Positions 1 to 10,939 of a stretch of DNA of 64,000 nt are shown in pieces. This stretch comes from Octopus vulgaris (Eukaryota): contig OX597828.1 of NCBI GenBank assembly GCA_951406725.2, positions 45,880,001 to 45,944,000 of the forward strand, given 5' to 3'. Position 1 is the first letter of the stretch. Each line of letters starts with the position of its first letter. A model generated the notes under the pieces. That model had not been told where the DNA came from. It saw only the letters and a program-made list of their open reading frames with translations, and did no database searches. The translations under genes were made by a program, and so were the position numbers.

Positions 1-104
1 AAGGAAACACCATGGAATTGGTATAACTCTTTATTTTGTACGGCAGTCGTTTCGACCCATCATGCAACTGTACTTTGTAGGTAACCCAGACTACAAGATC
101 GATG

Positions 105-650
105 CAACATACATAATAATTAAGGGGATTGCAATCTGGAGAGTTAGGTGACCAGATGTTAGGGGTGATGTGGTCACAGAAATTGTCTGACAACCATGGT
201 AGGGTTCTGCTGCTTGTGTGGCATGGTGCAGAGTCCTATTGCCATACATAGTGTCTCCCAGCAGCCACCTTCTTGGCCCAGGGCAGAACTACCTCCTCCA
301 GGCACTCGATTTAGACCTCCGTGTTGAATGTAAGGTTGTGTGGGAAGATGAATGGCGGTATAATGTCGCCATAGCTAGGGATCACTCGAAACACCATGAC
401 GTTGACTGGATTTGTGATTGTTATCACACTCGGTACATGGTTTGGAGACACAGCTACCCAACTGTTGTTCTGTGTGTTCACTATCTGATGCTGGCAGAAA
501 TTTTTCTCATCTGAGGAAAAACCAAAGTATGTTCGGTTGGAGGAGATAGTTGAGTTTGTTCCAAAGCTTGGTTGTGCAGTCTTTCCTCTTGCTCTTGATA
601 ACTTGGAATAAAAATTGGCCCTTCCTCATCTTCTATGAGAAATACCGAAT
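105..650 (-). mobile_element. Tc1/mariner superfamily transposase relic, maT (DD37D)-type; pseudogenised
   Basis: Manual minus-strand translation through stops and one frameshift: ...KLNYLLQPNILWFF/SDEKNFCQHQIVNTQN...VMVFRVIPSYGDIIPPFIFP...LEEVVLPWAKKVAAGRHYVWQ*DSAPCHTSSRTLPWLSDNFCDHITPNIWSPNSPDCNPLNYYV. There are 37 residues between the second catalytic D and the third (mutated to N). Confidence 0.88.
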
Positions 651-663
651 AGTTAGCTAGCTT

Positions 664-727
<64 letters not shown>

Positions 728-1017
728 CATACATACATACATACATACATACATACATACATACATACATACATACATACATCTAAGTGTTAGTGGACTA
801 ACAAAATAGAAAGGCACTGAATGCATTTAGTAGGAGTTACATGTATCATTTCAAACAGGTTGATTAATTTCCATACGACTCAAAGTTTCGCAGGCCTATA
901 ACAGAAGCCTGTGTCTTTCAGACTTTGGATTGCCGAAATGGGATTCTGTTGGACGCCTGATAGCAATTTAAAACCGCATGGAACCTTAAAGCTCGATAAA
1001 AGATATATATATGTATG

Positions 1018-1058
<41 letters not shown>

Positions 1059-1060
1059 CC

Positions 1061-1118
<58 letters not shown>

Positions 1119-1289
1119 AGGATTGAACAAACAGAACACAACAAGGAGAAAAAGTTAGACGAAAGCAGAGCAAACGGGAAACTAGACGAAAATTTAACAG
1201 ACGCGGAATATAGACGAGGACACGATACACAGAATATTCAAAGCTGAGTTTTCCTCGTTAGTCAATGGACACGGAATTTCTTAAACGTG

Positions 1290-1532
1290 GTTTCTTCTTC
1301 TTCCTCTCCTCCTCCTCCTCCTCCTCCTCCTTCTTCTTCTTCTTCTTCTTCTTCTTCTTCTTCTTCTTCTTCTTCTTCTTCTTCTTCTTCTTCTTCTTCT
1401 TCTTCTTCTTCTTCTTCTTCTTCTTCTTCTTCTTCTTCTTCTTCTTCTTCTTCTTCTTCTTCTTCTTCTTCATTTTCTTCATTTTCTTCATTTTCTTCTT
1501 CTTCTTCTTCTTCTTCTTCTTCTTCTTCTTCT

Positions 1533-1579
<47 letters not shown>

Positions 1580-1728
1580 ATTTTCTTCATTTTCTTCTTT
1601 TTCTTCGTCTTCTTCTTCTTCTTCTTCTTCTTCATTTTCTTCATTTTCTTCTTCTTCTTCTTCTTCTTCTTCTTCTTCTTCTTCTTCATTTTCTTCATTT
1701 TCTTCATTTTCTTCTTCTTCTTCTTCTC

Positions 1729-1777
<49 letters not shown>

Positions 1778-1903
1778 ATTTTCTTCATTTTCTTCTTTTT
1801 CTTCGTCTTCTTCTTCTTCTTCTTCTTCATTTTCTTCATTTTCTTCTTTTTCTTCTTCTTCTTCCTCTTCTGCTTCATTTTCTTCATTTTCTTCTTTTCT
1901 TCT

Positions 1904-1935
<32 letters not shown>

Positions 1936-2051
1936 TTCTTCTTTTTCTTCTTCTTCTTCTTCTTCTTCTTCTTCTTCTTCTTCTTCTTCTTCTTCTTCTT
2001 CTTCTTCTTCTTCTTCTTCTTCTTCTTCTTCTTCTTCTTCTTCTTCTTCTT
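1290..2051 (+). repeat. (TTC)n microsatellite with CTC and TTCATT variants
   Basis: Directly visible; source of the poly-E/K/R/F/S ORFs. Confidence 0.98.
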
Positions 2052-2293
2052 CTGCACAACCAAGCTTTGGAACAAACTCATCGTGATTTCGCACTTTTAT
2101 CATTGAGACAACTCAATCTTGGAGGTGCTAGTGCTGTTATTAAGCTATAGGGAAAAGCTAATGAATGTATACTGAAACAGAAACAAACAAGACAATATAT
2201 AAATACAACAGACGAATAATCATGCATATATAACAACGCGAAGCCATACGGCTATATACAACAGAAGTACATGTTTTAGGGACGCAGCAACCC

Positions 2294-2457
2294 AACGGTT
2301 CTTCTGTGTGTTCACCCTCAGATACTGGCAGAAATTTTTTCTCATCTCAGAAAAACCAAAGCATGTTAGGTTGGAAGAGATAGTTGAGCTTGTTCCAAAG
2401 CTTCGTAGTGCAGTCTTTCCTCTTGTTCTTCTTGATGACTTGGAATAAAAATTGGCC
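2294..2457 (-). mobile_element. Second, diverged fragment of the same maT transposase
   Basis: Aligns with ~460-620 and encodes GQFLFQVIKKNKRKDCTTKLWNKLNYLFQPNMLWFF. Confidence 0.85.
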
Positions 2458-2959
2458 GAAGAAGAAGAAGAAGAAGAAGAAGAAGAAGAAGAAGAAGAAG
2501 AAGAAGACGAAGAAAATGAAGAAGAAAATGAAGAAAATGAAGAAGAAGAAAAAGAAGAAGAAGAAAATGAAGAAGAAGAAGAAGAAGAAGAAAAAGTAGA
2601 AGAAGAGGAGGAAGAAGAAGAAGAAAATTACGAAGAAGAAGAAAAAAGAAAATGAAGAAAATGAGGAAGAAGAAGAATAAGAAAACGAAGAAGAAGAGGA
2701 AGAAGAAGAAGGAGGAGGAGGAGGAGGAGGAGGAGAAGAAGGAGAAGAAGAAGAAGAAGAAGGAGGAGGAGGTGAAGAAGAAAAAGAAGGAGGAGGTGGA
2801 GGAGGAGAAGAAGGAGAAGAAGAAGAAGAAGAAGGAGGAGGAGGAGGAGAAGAGGTAGAAGAAGAAGAAGAAGAAGAAGAAGAAGAAGAAGAAGAAGAAG
2901 AAGAAGAAGAAGAAGAAGAAGAAGAAGAAGAAGAAGAAGAAGAAGAAGAAGAAGAAGAA
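2458..2959 (+). repeat. (GAA)n microsatellite with GAG and GAAAAT variants
   Basis: Directly visible; inverted counterpart of 1290-2051. Confidence 0.98.
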
Positions 2960-3303
2960 ACCACGTTCAAGAAATTCCGTGTTTCAGAGTCGGAGATCAA
3001 AAGTTTGTGGTACATCAAATTCAAATATGTTTCATTAATTGTGACAGGGGGCCGTCGGTACACCGACAATGAAATGTTCCACATATAATCTCGGGCAAGT
3101 CCCAGACAAACCCTGTACTAAACTCCTCGCAGAATATTACACACTTGGGAACTGACAAAATTCTGAGTAAGTTCCGCATGCAAGGAAAAGCATAAAGGCC
3201 TTTCTGTTCAGTGTTCGGTATACAAAAAAAGACAGACATGTTATTCCGTGAAATATAAACAAAGACAAAAGCAGCACAGCGTTAGTATCATTATTATTAT
3301 TAA

Positions 3304-3334
<31 letters not shown>

Positions 3335-3335
3335 G

Positions 3336-3366
<31 letters not shown>

Positions 3367-3570
3367 CATGATCATGATCATGACGTTGATGATGTTGATA
3401 AGATGATGATAAGCATGTTTTTATTAGCTGGAAGAGCGGCAAACTAGGAGCCATTACGACGCTGGTCTGTTAAAAAAACTGGAGAGAATGCAATGTTGTA
3501 TCATTAAAAATTCATATTTCTTCTTTAACCGCACAATTATAATACACACTCATTAGGTTAAAATACAATG

Positions 3571-3612
<42 letters not shown>

Positions 3613-3644
3613 GGACTTTAACGCAGTGTAAATCAAATATTTTT

Positions 3645-3730
3645 ACTTTCGACACATGTTTCGAAAATTCCACTCATACTATTCAAAAGAATAAATGGTA
3701 TAAACAATGCAATCTTCTCTTCGGGAAAGT
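3645..3730 (-). ncRNA. Type I hammerhead ribozyme motif in the 3' (pLTR) region of the Penelope-like element
   Basis: Minus strand reads ACTTTC-CCGAAGA-GAAGATT..AATTTTC-GAAAC-ATGT-GTC-GAAAGT. It has a 6-bp stem I, a 7-bp basal stem II, a palindromic minimal stem III and a GUC cleavage triplet. The core has U4->C. Confidence 0.78.
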
Positions 3731-3931
3731 GAAAAAAACGAAACTCATCAATACGACATTTTAGCAAAAAATGATGGATTTCTATAGCGATTGACAGAAC
3801 GCTATTAATATTGTTTAAAAAAACGTTATATGATATAACTTCATAAGTAGCTAACAGAAAGAGTAGGGATACCAATAGTGAATGTTAAGTATAAAGGAAA
3901 TTAAAGTTTAAATTATATATAATGATAGAGA

Positions 3932-4807
3932 CTACTTATATGCACTAAATGTGTGTTTTTGCCAATGCTTACATCTGTATGCTCGCTCTATAACCGTGTT
4001 TACTAGAGTATTTTTAGAAAAAATAATGAAAAATAGCTCAGAATTGCAGAGAAGACAGATTTCCTTGCCTTTGTCATACGGTATCGAAATTGAGAGAATC
4101 AACCATTCTAAATGAAATTGTTCATTGTGGTCTTTTAAATCCCAAATCAGTTTGCTGAGACCGGTACTATTAATTCTATCCCTAAATGTTGAGTAATGGA
4201 TAGACATTCTTTTAGATAACTCTAACGATGTGCTTCCAATGTAAAATCGTACTTTATTACGAGTACTGATTATACACTGGTATGTAGAATTTTTAATCTT
4301 AGAGTTACTTGACATAAACTTAATTCTATTGGAATTGACTTCAGATACAATAACCTTGTTATTAATATTTCTAGAGGGTGGGATGGTATTAGCTAAATTA
4401 ATGTTAGTATTAGCAAATGTATTACTATTTAACAGTTTGTTATTATGTGAAGAGATAATTTGCAAGAGATATTTTGTGTTTGAAAAACCTATCCTAACCG
4501 TATGTGAATTAATAATAGAGTAATATCTAGAATTGTTTGGAAAACTCCTAGCAATAGCTTGACAAAACAGCAGTGGGAGATTAGATTTAATTTGTCTCCC
4601 GTAAGGAATTATTAACCAAATATTTTTACTAGTATTCATAGCGTAATTACTTTTGAAGGTGTTATATTTACTTTTAGGACGATAATAGGGGATTAAATAA
4701 GGGTTATCTGCCTTCATTCGCTTTGCATCGGTGCGTAAGTTATGTTTGTTATCAATAATTCTTTTACGACTAGAAATCTTATCTACATTATTGAATTTAC
4801 AATTAGA
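3932..4807 (-). pseudogene. Linker + GIY-YIG endonuclease part of the Penelope-like ORF
   Basis: ORF 3932..4717 stays open in frame up to 4807; motifs IWLIIPY, HNNKLL, STYQCII...FYIGST, CLLCNSE, CKH. Confidence 0.85.
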
Positions 4808-5960
4808 CTAAGCAGAATCAATGTAGAAAATTTTCTCTGTATAACCTGCTTTAATTAAGGCAGAGTTATAGAATTCAGCGTTATTATTGAAAATATCAAC
4901 ATTAGTAGATAATTTAGATAATCTAAATGAAATATTCTTAACTAAGTTCTTAGTAATTGCTCTAGGATGATTACTAAATTTGCTAATGTACTTAAGATTG
5001 GTCAACGGTTTACGATATGAAAAGTAAGAGTCACTGTGTAAATTAAGCGTAATATCTAAAAAGTTGGCCTTCGTCATATCGTCATCAAAAACGACTTTTA
5101 AGCCCATTCTACTGAAAAAATTAACTAAACTATTCTTAACTTTTTGTACCTTTTGGTTGGAAACATTTTGGAGGTAAAGTAAACAATCATCACGATATAG
5201 ACCACCATAAATGTTAAGGAACTCTTCTGCCATTTCAAAAGGAATATATATATAGACCAAATCAGCTATCTGTGCTGAATCAAAACTTCCCATTGGTATA
5301 TCGAAACTATCTGGTGTGTCTTTACGGACCCACAACTTATCATCAAATTTAATAATAGATCTTCTGGCTGCCAACACAATATTAATTTCTTCTCGGGTGA
5401 GACCAGCTTTGTTATGAGCAAGCCAGAGAGCCTTATTAAGTACTATTGGATTGATAGATGAATAAAAATTGGAAATATCAAACTGGATAAACTTAGTACT
5501 CACCTTATTGGTAATGGAACTAAACCAGTCAACTACTTCAAATGAATTAGTCCATAAACTAAGTTTTAATGTTTTAATTAAATTAGGAATATATTTATCT
5601 AGTATATTTTAACTAAGGATACCGATGTCAGAGCTAGAAGGGCAGATAAGCCTTAATGATGGGTTAGTAAAAAAATTTTGTTTGTGATCCTTCAAAATGA
5701 ACCGAGGCTGCTTAGGATCAAGTGGTTCCGTCTTCATTTGTAGGTTATATTTCTCCATGATTTTGATAGCCTCAATGTTAGCTTTCTTAAGGATTCTTTT
5801 ATCAGCAATTTTATACTTTTTCTGAATTTTTTTTTAAAGTAATTCCAAATAATAGTTTTTATCAAGTTTGTACAGATTTCCAGTCTTATTAGATTGAACC
5901 AACATAGTATCCATAGAATTGATTTCTTTGGTGATGTTGCGAAGATACCTCAGATGTTTA
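4808..5960 (-). pseudogene. Reverse transcriptase part of the Penelope-like ORF
   Basis: ORF 4808..5503 continues upstream past an in-frame TAA (~5610) and a disruption in the T-run near 5830 to SNKTGNLYKL; catalytic YRDD is intact. Confidence 0.92.
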
Positions 5961-5964
5961 TCTC

Positions 5965-6171
5965 TACTCTTTACTCCTTTACTCTTTTACTTGTTTCAGT
6001 CATTTGACTGCGACCATGCTGGAGCACCGCCTTTAGTCGAGCAAATCGACCCCAGGACTTATTCTTCGCAAGCCTAGTATTTATATCGGTCTCTTTTGCC
6101 GAAACGCTAAGTTACAGAGACGTAAGCACACCAGCATCGGTTGTCAAGCGATGGTGGGGGAAAAAACACAG

Positions 6172-6242
<71 letters not shown>

Positions 6243-6406
6243 CGACGGGCTTCTTTCGGTTTCCATCTACCAAATCAACTCACAACGCTTTGGCCCGCCC
6301 GAGGCTATAGTAGAAGACACTTGCCCAAAGTGTCACGCAATAGGACTGAACCCGGAACAATGCGGTTGGTAAGCAAGCTACCTACCACACGGCCACTCCT
6401 GTGCCT
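5965..6406 (-). mobile_element. tRNA-derived SINE family A with internal (TA)n(TG)n and (TAAAAGAG)n tail
   Basis: Pol III A-box-like GTGGCCGTGTGG and B-box-like GGTTCAGTCC; close matches to copies at 13110, 46632, 48917 and 57901. Confidence 0.92.
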
Positions 6407-6720
6407 AGGGATCATTCTTTTACTTTAGACCTCGAAATGTGGAAATGCACAGCTTATCTATCTAGAATGATAATCGAACTCAAGTCGCACACGACTGGAT
6501 CGAACCACACACAGCACCCAGGTTATTTGGCCATTGTTGCCGCCACACAATTCAAATATGCCTGGGTTAATGTATTCAAAATACGGATTCTTGATGTGCA
6601 GGGTGTAGTTTATGAGCACGTTTGTGTATGTCTGATTGCATATACCGTATGTTCGAGCTTGTGATGTGTATTCATGCATCTGTATAAGAGTTTGCCTTTG
6701 CTGTTGTTGTTGTTGCTTAT

Positions 6721-7033
6721 GAAGGGGCGTGGCTTAGTGACACGGGTATTCGCGACACGGTCGTGAGTTTGGCTGCTGGTGGTGCGCTGTGTTCTTGAGC
6801 AAGACACTTTATTTCGTGTTGCTCCTGTCCAACCAGCTATTAAAAATGAATTGTACCTCTACTTCAAGGCGCCAGACTTGTCACATTCTGTGTCAAGTTG
6901 AATCTCCCTGAGAACTACGTTATGGGTACGTGTGTCTGCGGGGTGCTCAGCCACGGGCAATTTAGTTTCACGAGCAGGTAGTTCTGTTGATCTGATCAGC
7001 TGGAACCCTCGTCGTCGTAACCGACGGATTGCC
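6721..7033 (+). mobile_element. Chimeric SINE: family D-like head and body with a family C tail
   Basis: GTGTTCTTGAGCAAGACACTTTATTTC as in family D, followed by ...CTGAGAACTACG...CGTCGTAACCGACGG as in family C. Confidence 0.7.
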
Positions 7034-7119
7034 AGTTATTATGTTAGACTCATACTAGCTCTAAACCAAGAGAAGCCATGATCGAAGATTTCCAAGATAT
7101 TCCCATGCTGTCTTTCAAT

Positions 7120-7288
7120 GTTCACTTGTTTCAGACAGCGGCCATGCTGGAACATTGTCTTGAAGAAAATTTTGTCAAATGAATCGAACCTAGTACTTAT
7201 TTTTTAAAACGTGGTACTTTTCTAATCGATCTCTTTGCCAAGACGGAGACGCAACAAACCAACACTGGTTGTTAAGCGGTGGTAAGAA

Positions 7289-7332
<44 letters not shown>

Positions 7333-7549
7333 ACACACACACACAGACCCCCCCACACACACATATGTATACGACAGGCCACTTTCAGTTTCCACCTACC
7401 AAAGTCTCTCACAGTCTCACAAGCTTTGGTCGCCCTGAGGCTATAGAAGAAAACACTTGCTCAAGGTGCGATGCAGTGGGACTGAACCCGCAACCCAGAA
7501 CCATGTGGTTGGGAAGCAAACCTCTTACCACGCAGCCACGCCTGCGCCT
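7120..7549 (-). mobile_element. SINE family A, diverged copy
   Basis: Same head, internal microsatellite and tail motifs with many substitutions. Confidence 0.85.
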
Positions 7550-8060
7550 ATAATATGTTATAAAGTTTCCTTGGGAAGCATAAAAAAGTGAAACTACATT
7601 ATACATTGGATTTCCATTAATTAAAAGATTTTCTCTTTTGCTTATGGAATTCGAAAGATATTTAGCTGCAATTTCTAGCAAGTCGGACGACCACATACCG
7701 TATAAGTTTCCCGCGCTGTCTCCTATGCCTGCGAGTGTGATATGTAGAGTGTACAAAACTGACTCTTAAGAAATTTATTTGAACATAGGAATATTACTCA
7801 TGGATGTCCACTCCTACTAAAAGTACGAAAACTTTGAGAGGTGATTACAGACACAGTCATGTGTATATATTTTTATATATTATATAATATATACATTATA
7901 TAACATATGTATACACACACACGCACACACACAGACACGCACTCTTATGTATGTATGTATGTTTGGATGTATGTATGTATATATATATATATATTTAGAC
8001 ATACATATATTGCTTTGTATGAAAGTGTGATATATACGTATATGTGGGAGTATGTGTATG

Positions 8061-8092
<32 letters not shown>

Positions 8093-8319
8093 TGTGTGTC
8101 TGTGTGTGTGAGTGTGTGCGTGTAAGTATATCTATGCGCATGTGTCTGTGTGCGTGTGTGTTCATATCATTATATTCGCCACGTACATGTTTAGTATATA
8201 TAAATGTATAAAACATACGTTTGCTAACAAAAGCGAATATACATACGTCTTCTACATGCCTCAAACATTACACATATACACCCGGATACAGACGTTTCCA
8301 CACATATATATACACACAC

Positions 8320-8354
<35 letters not shown>

Positions 8355-8409
8355 CATAAGCACATATACATTATATATATATATACATACATTTTCATGG
8401 ATATATAGA

Positions 8410-8475
<66 letters not shown>

Positions 8476-8889
8476 TGTTCGTATATACATACATACACAC
8501 ACACGAACACATATATGTAGGTGTATACGTGTATGTGTGCGTATGCATACATGCATGTCTTTATAAATCTTAAATTTACACACCCTTGCGTCCGTGTGTA
8601 CGCCCGTGTGTTTGAGTGTGTGTGTGCGTGTGTTTGTGTGTGTGTGTGTGCGTGTGTTTGTGTGTGTGTGTGCGCGCGTGCGTGCATGCGTTTGTCTGTG
8701 TCTGTGGGTGGCTCACTGTTATGAACAATGCCCATGTTTTGGCCCCTGACCCCGCACCGTGTGGACGGTGACAAAATCGGTGAGGTGTTTCTCAATTGTA
8801 GGGCAAGTTAGAAAACACGCAATGGGAAAATGGTAACTGATAGGGTAGTGTTTGAACGTGAGTGTGCGTGAGGGTGGTGGGTAAATCGC

Positions 8890-10230
8890 TGGCTGGGCTG
8901 GCTGGTTGGTTGGTTGGCTGGAAGTATCGTTGGTTGGATGAATGGATGGGTGGTTGGATGGATGGATGGATGGATGGATGGATGGTTTGATGTGATGGAT
9001 GGATGGATGGTTGGATGGATGGTTGGATGGATGGATGGATGGATGGTTGGTTGGATTGATGGATGGATGGATGGTTTGATGGATGGATGGATGCTTGGAT
9101 GGATGGATGCTCTGATGGATGGTTTGATGGATGGATGGATGGATGGATGGATGGATGGTTTGATGGATGGATGGATGGATGGATGGATGGATGGATGGAT
9201 GGATGGTTGGATGGATGGTTTGATGGATGGATGGATGGATGGATGGATGGTTGGATGGTTGGATGGATGGTTTGATGGATGATGGATGATGGATGGATGG
9301 ATGGATGGATGGATGGATGGATGGATGGATGGATGGATGGATGGATGGTTTGATGGATGGATGGTTTGATGGATGGATGGATGGTTGGATGGGTGGTTTG
9401 ATGGATGGATGGATGGTTTGATAGATGGATGGATGGATGGATGGATGGTTGGATGGTTGGATGGATGGTTTGATGTATGGATGGATGGATGGTTGGATGG
9501 ATGGATGGATGGATGGTTGGTTGGATGGATGGTTTGATGGATGGATGGATGGTTGGATGGATGGATGGATGGATGCTTGGATGGATGGATGCTCTGATGG
9601 ATGGTTTGATGGATGGATGGATGGATGGATGGATGGATGGATGGATGGATGGATGGTTTGATGGATGGATGGATGGATGGTTGGATGGATGGTTTGATGG
9701 ATGGATGGATGGATGGATGGATGGATGGTTGGATGGATGGTTTGATGGATGGATGGTTTGATGGATGGAAGTATGGATGGATGGATGGATGGATGGTTTG
9801 ATGGATGGATGGTTTGATGGATGGATGGATGGTTGGATGGATGGTTTTTGGATGGATGGATGGTTTGATAGATGGATGGATGGATGGATGGTTGGATGGT
9901 TGGATGGATGGTTTGATGGATGGATGGATGGATGGATGGATGGATGGTTTGATGGATGGATGGATGGATGGATGGTTTGATGGATGGATGGATGGATGAA
10001 TGGATGGTTGGATGGATGGATGGTTGGTTGGATGGATGGATGGATGGATGGATGGATGGATGGATGGTTTGATGGATGGATGGATGGATGGTTTGATGGA
10101 TGGATGGATGGATGAATGGATGGTTGGATGGATGGATGGATGGTTTGATGGATGGATGGATGGTTGGATGGGTGGTTGGATGGATGGATGGATGGACGGA
10201 TAGTTGGCTGGTTGGTTGGGTTGGTTGGGT
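8890..10230 (+). repeat. ~1.3 kb (GGAT)n array with interspersed GGTT / GTTT variants
   Basis: Directly visible; source of the MDGW/HPSI ORFs. Confidence 0.98.
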
Positions 10231-10590
10231 GCGTAGCTGCGTGGAGTGGATAGTTGGACGAGAATAGATGGTGTGTAGGACGATGGCTAAAAATGGTTCG
10301 TACCTCCATCATCATTTTTTTAGGACTGATGCATTGTGTACGATGATGAGGTGATGATTGTGACGAGGTAGACGATTATTACGATAATGAGAAGGAGGAG
10401 CAGGAGCAGAAGGTGGAGGATAGTGGTGGGCGGCGGCGGCGGTGGTGGTTGTGGTGGTGGTTGTGGTGGTGGTTGTGGTGATGGTTGTTGTCGATGGTGA
10501 TGACGACAACGACAACGACAAACGACGACGACGATGGCAGACGATCATGATGATGATGATGATGATAATGATAGCGATTATGAAAATGAC

Positions 10591-10623
<33 letters not shown>

Positions 10624-10939
10624 TGTGTTGACGGTCATGATGATGGTGATATGTTAGTTAGCCTTAGATGAGCACTGATCAAACACGTGATCACAGCCCT
10701 TCGAAACATCATCATCTGTTGTGTGTGACTTGGGGGAAATTTGGCTGCTGCATTTAGGAGGTCGAGCGACTAGGATTGAGCTGCTTCGGTGAGTCGTAAG
10801 CAGTAATAATGTTGTTTATGAAGCAGTAGGTATTGATTGTGTTGGTGGTAGTATTAGCTATGATGGTGAAGCGGTTGGTAGTGATAGTGGTGGAGGTGGT
10901 GGTGGTGGTGGTTGAGGTGGTGAGTGTGAAGGAGGTAAT

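Larger units (their letters stand above)
3607..5963 (-). mobile_element. Penelope-like retroelement (RT + C-terminal GIY-YIG endonuclease), 5' end lost at a SINE
   Basis: RT motifs ILKDHK..F..NP..RLI, IQFDISNFYSSI, IPMGSFDSAQIADLV, GGLYRDD, NFLDITLNL, YRKP, SNHP. Endonuclease motifs Y..FYIGST...KR...H...F, LSKLIWDLK, CLLC..E, CKH. Hammerhead fold downstream of the ORF; the 3' end abuts a (TA)n tract. Confidence 0.93.

Noticed and set aside
1258-3084. Long poly-E/K/S/F ORFs
   Set aside because: Translations of TTC/GAA microsatellites, open in several frames on both strands.
6141-6428. Recurrent short ORFs such as ..LLSVSVYQIHSQG..CHAVGLNPEPCGW and ..PENYVKGTRVCGVLSH..
   Set aside because: Translations of SINE A and SINE C copies, not a gene family.
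8785-8836. Possible 31-nt micro-exon (TTGTAG|GGCAAG..AATG|GTAACT)
   Set aside because: Splice-like signals this weak arise by chance; no supporting homology.
8792-10315. 507-aa HPSI-repeat ORF
   Set aside because: The (ATCC)n repeat lacks stops; no non-repetitive domain.
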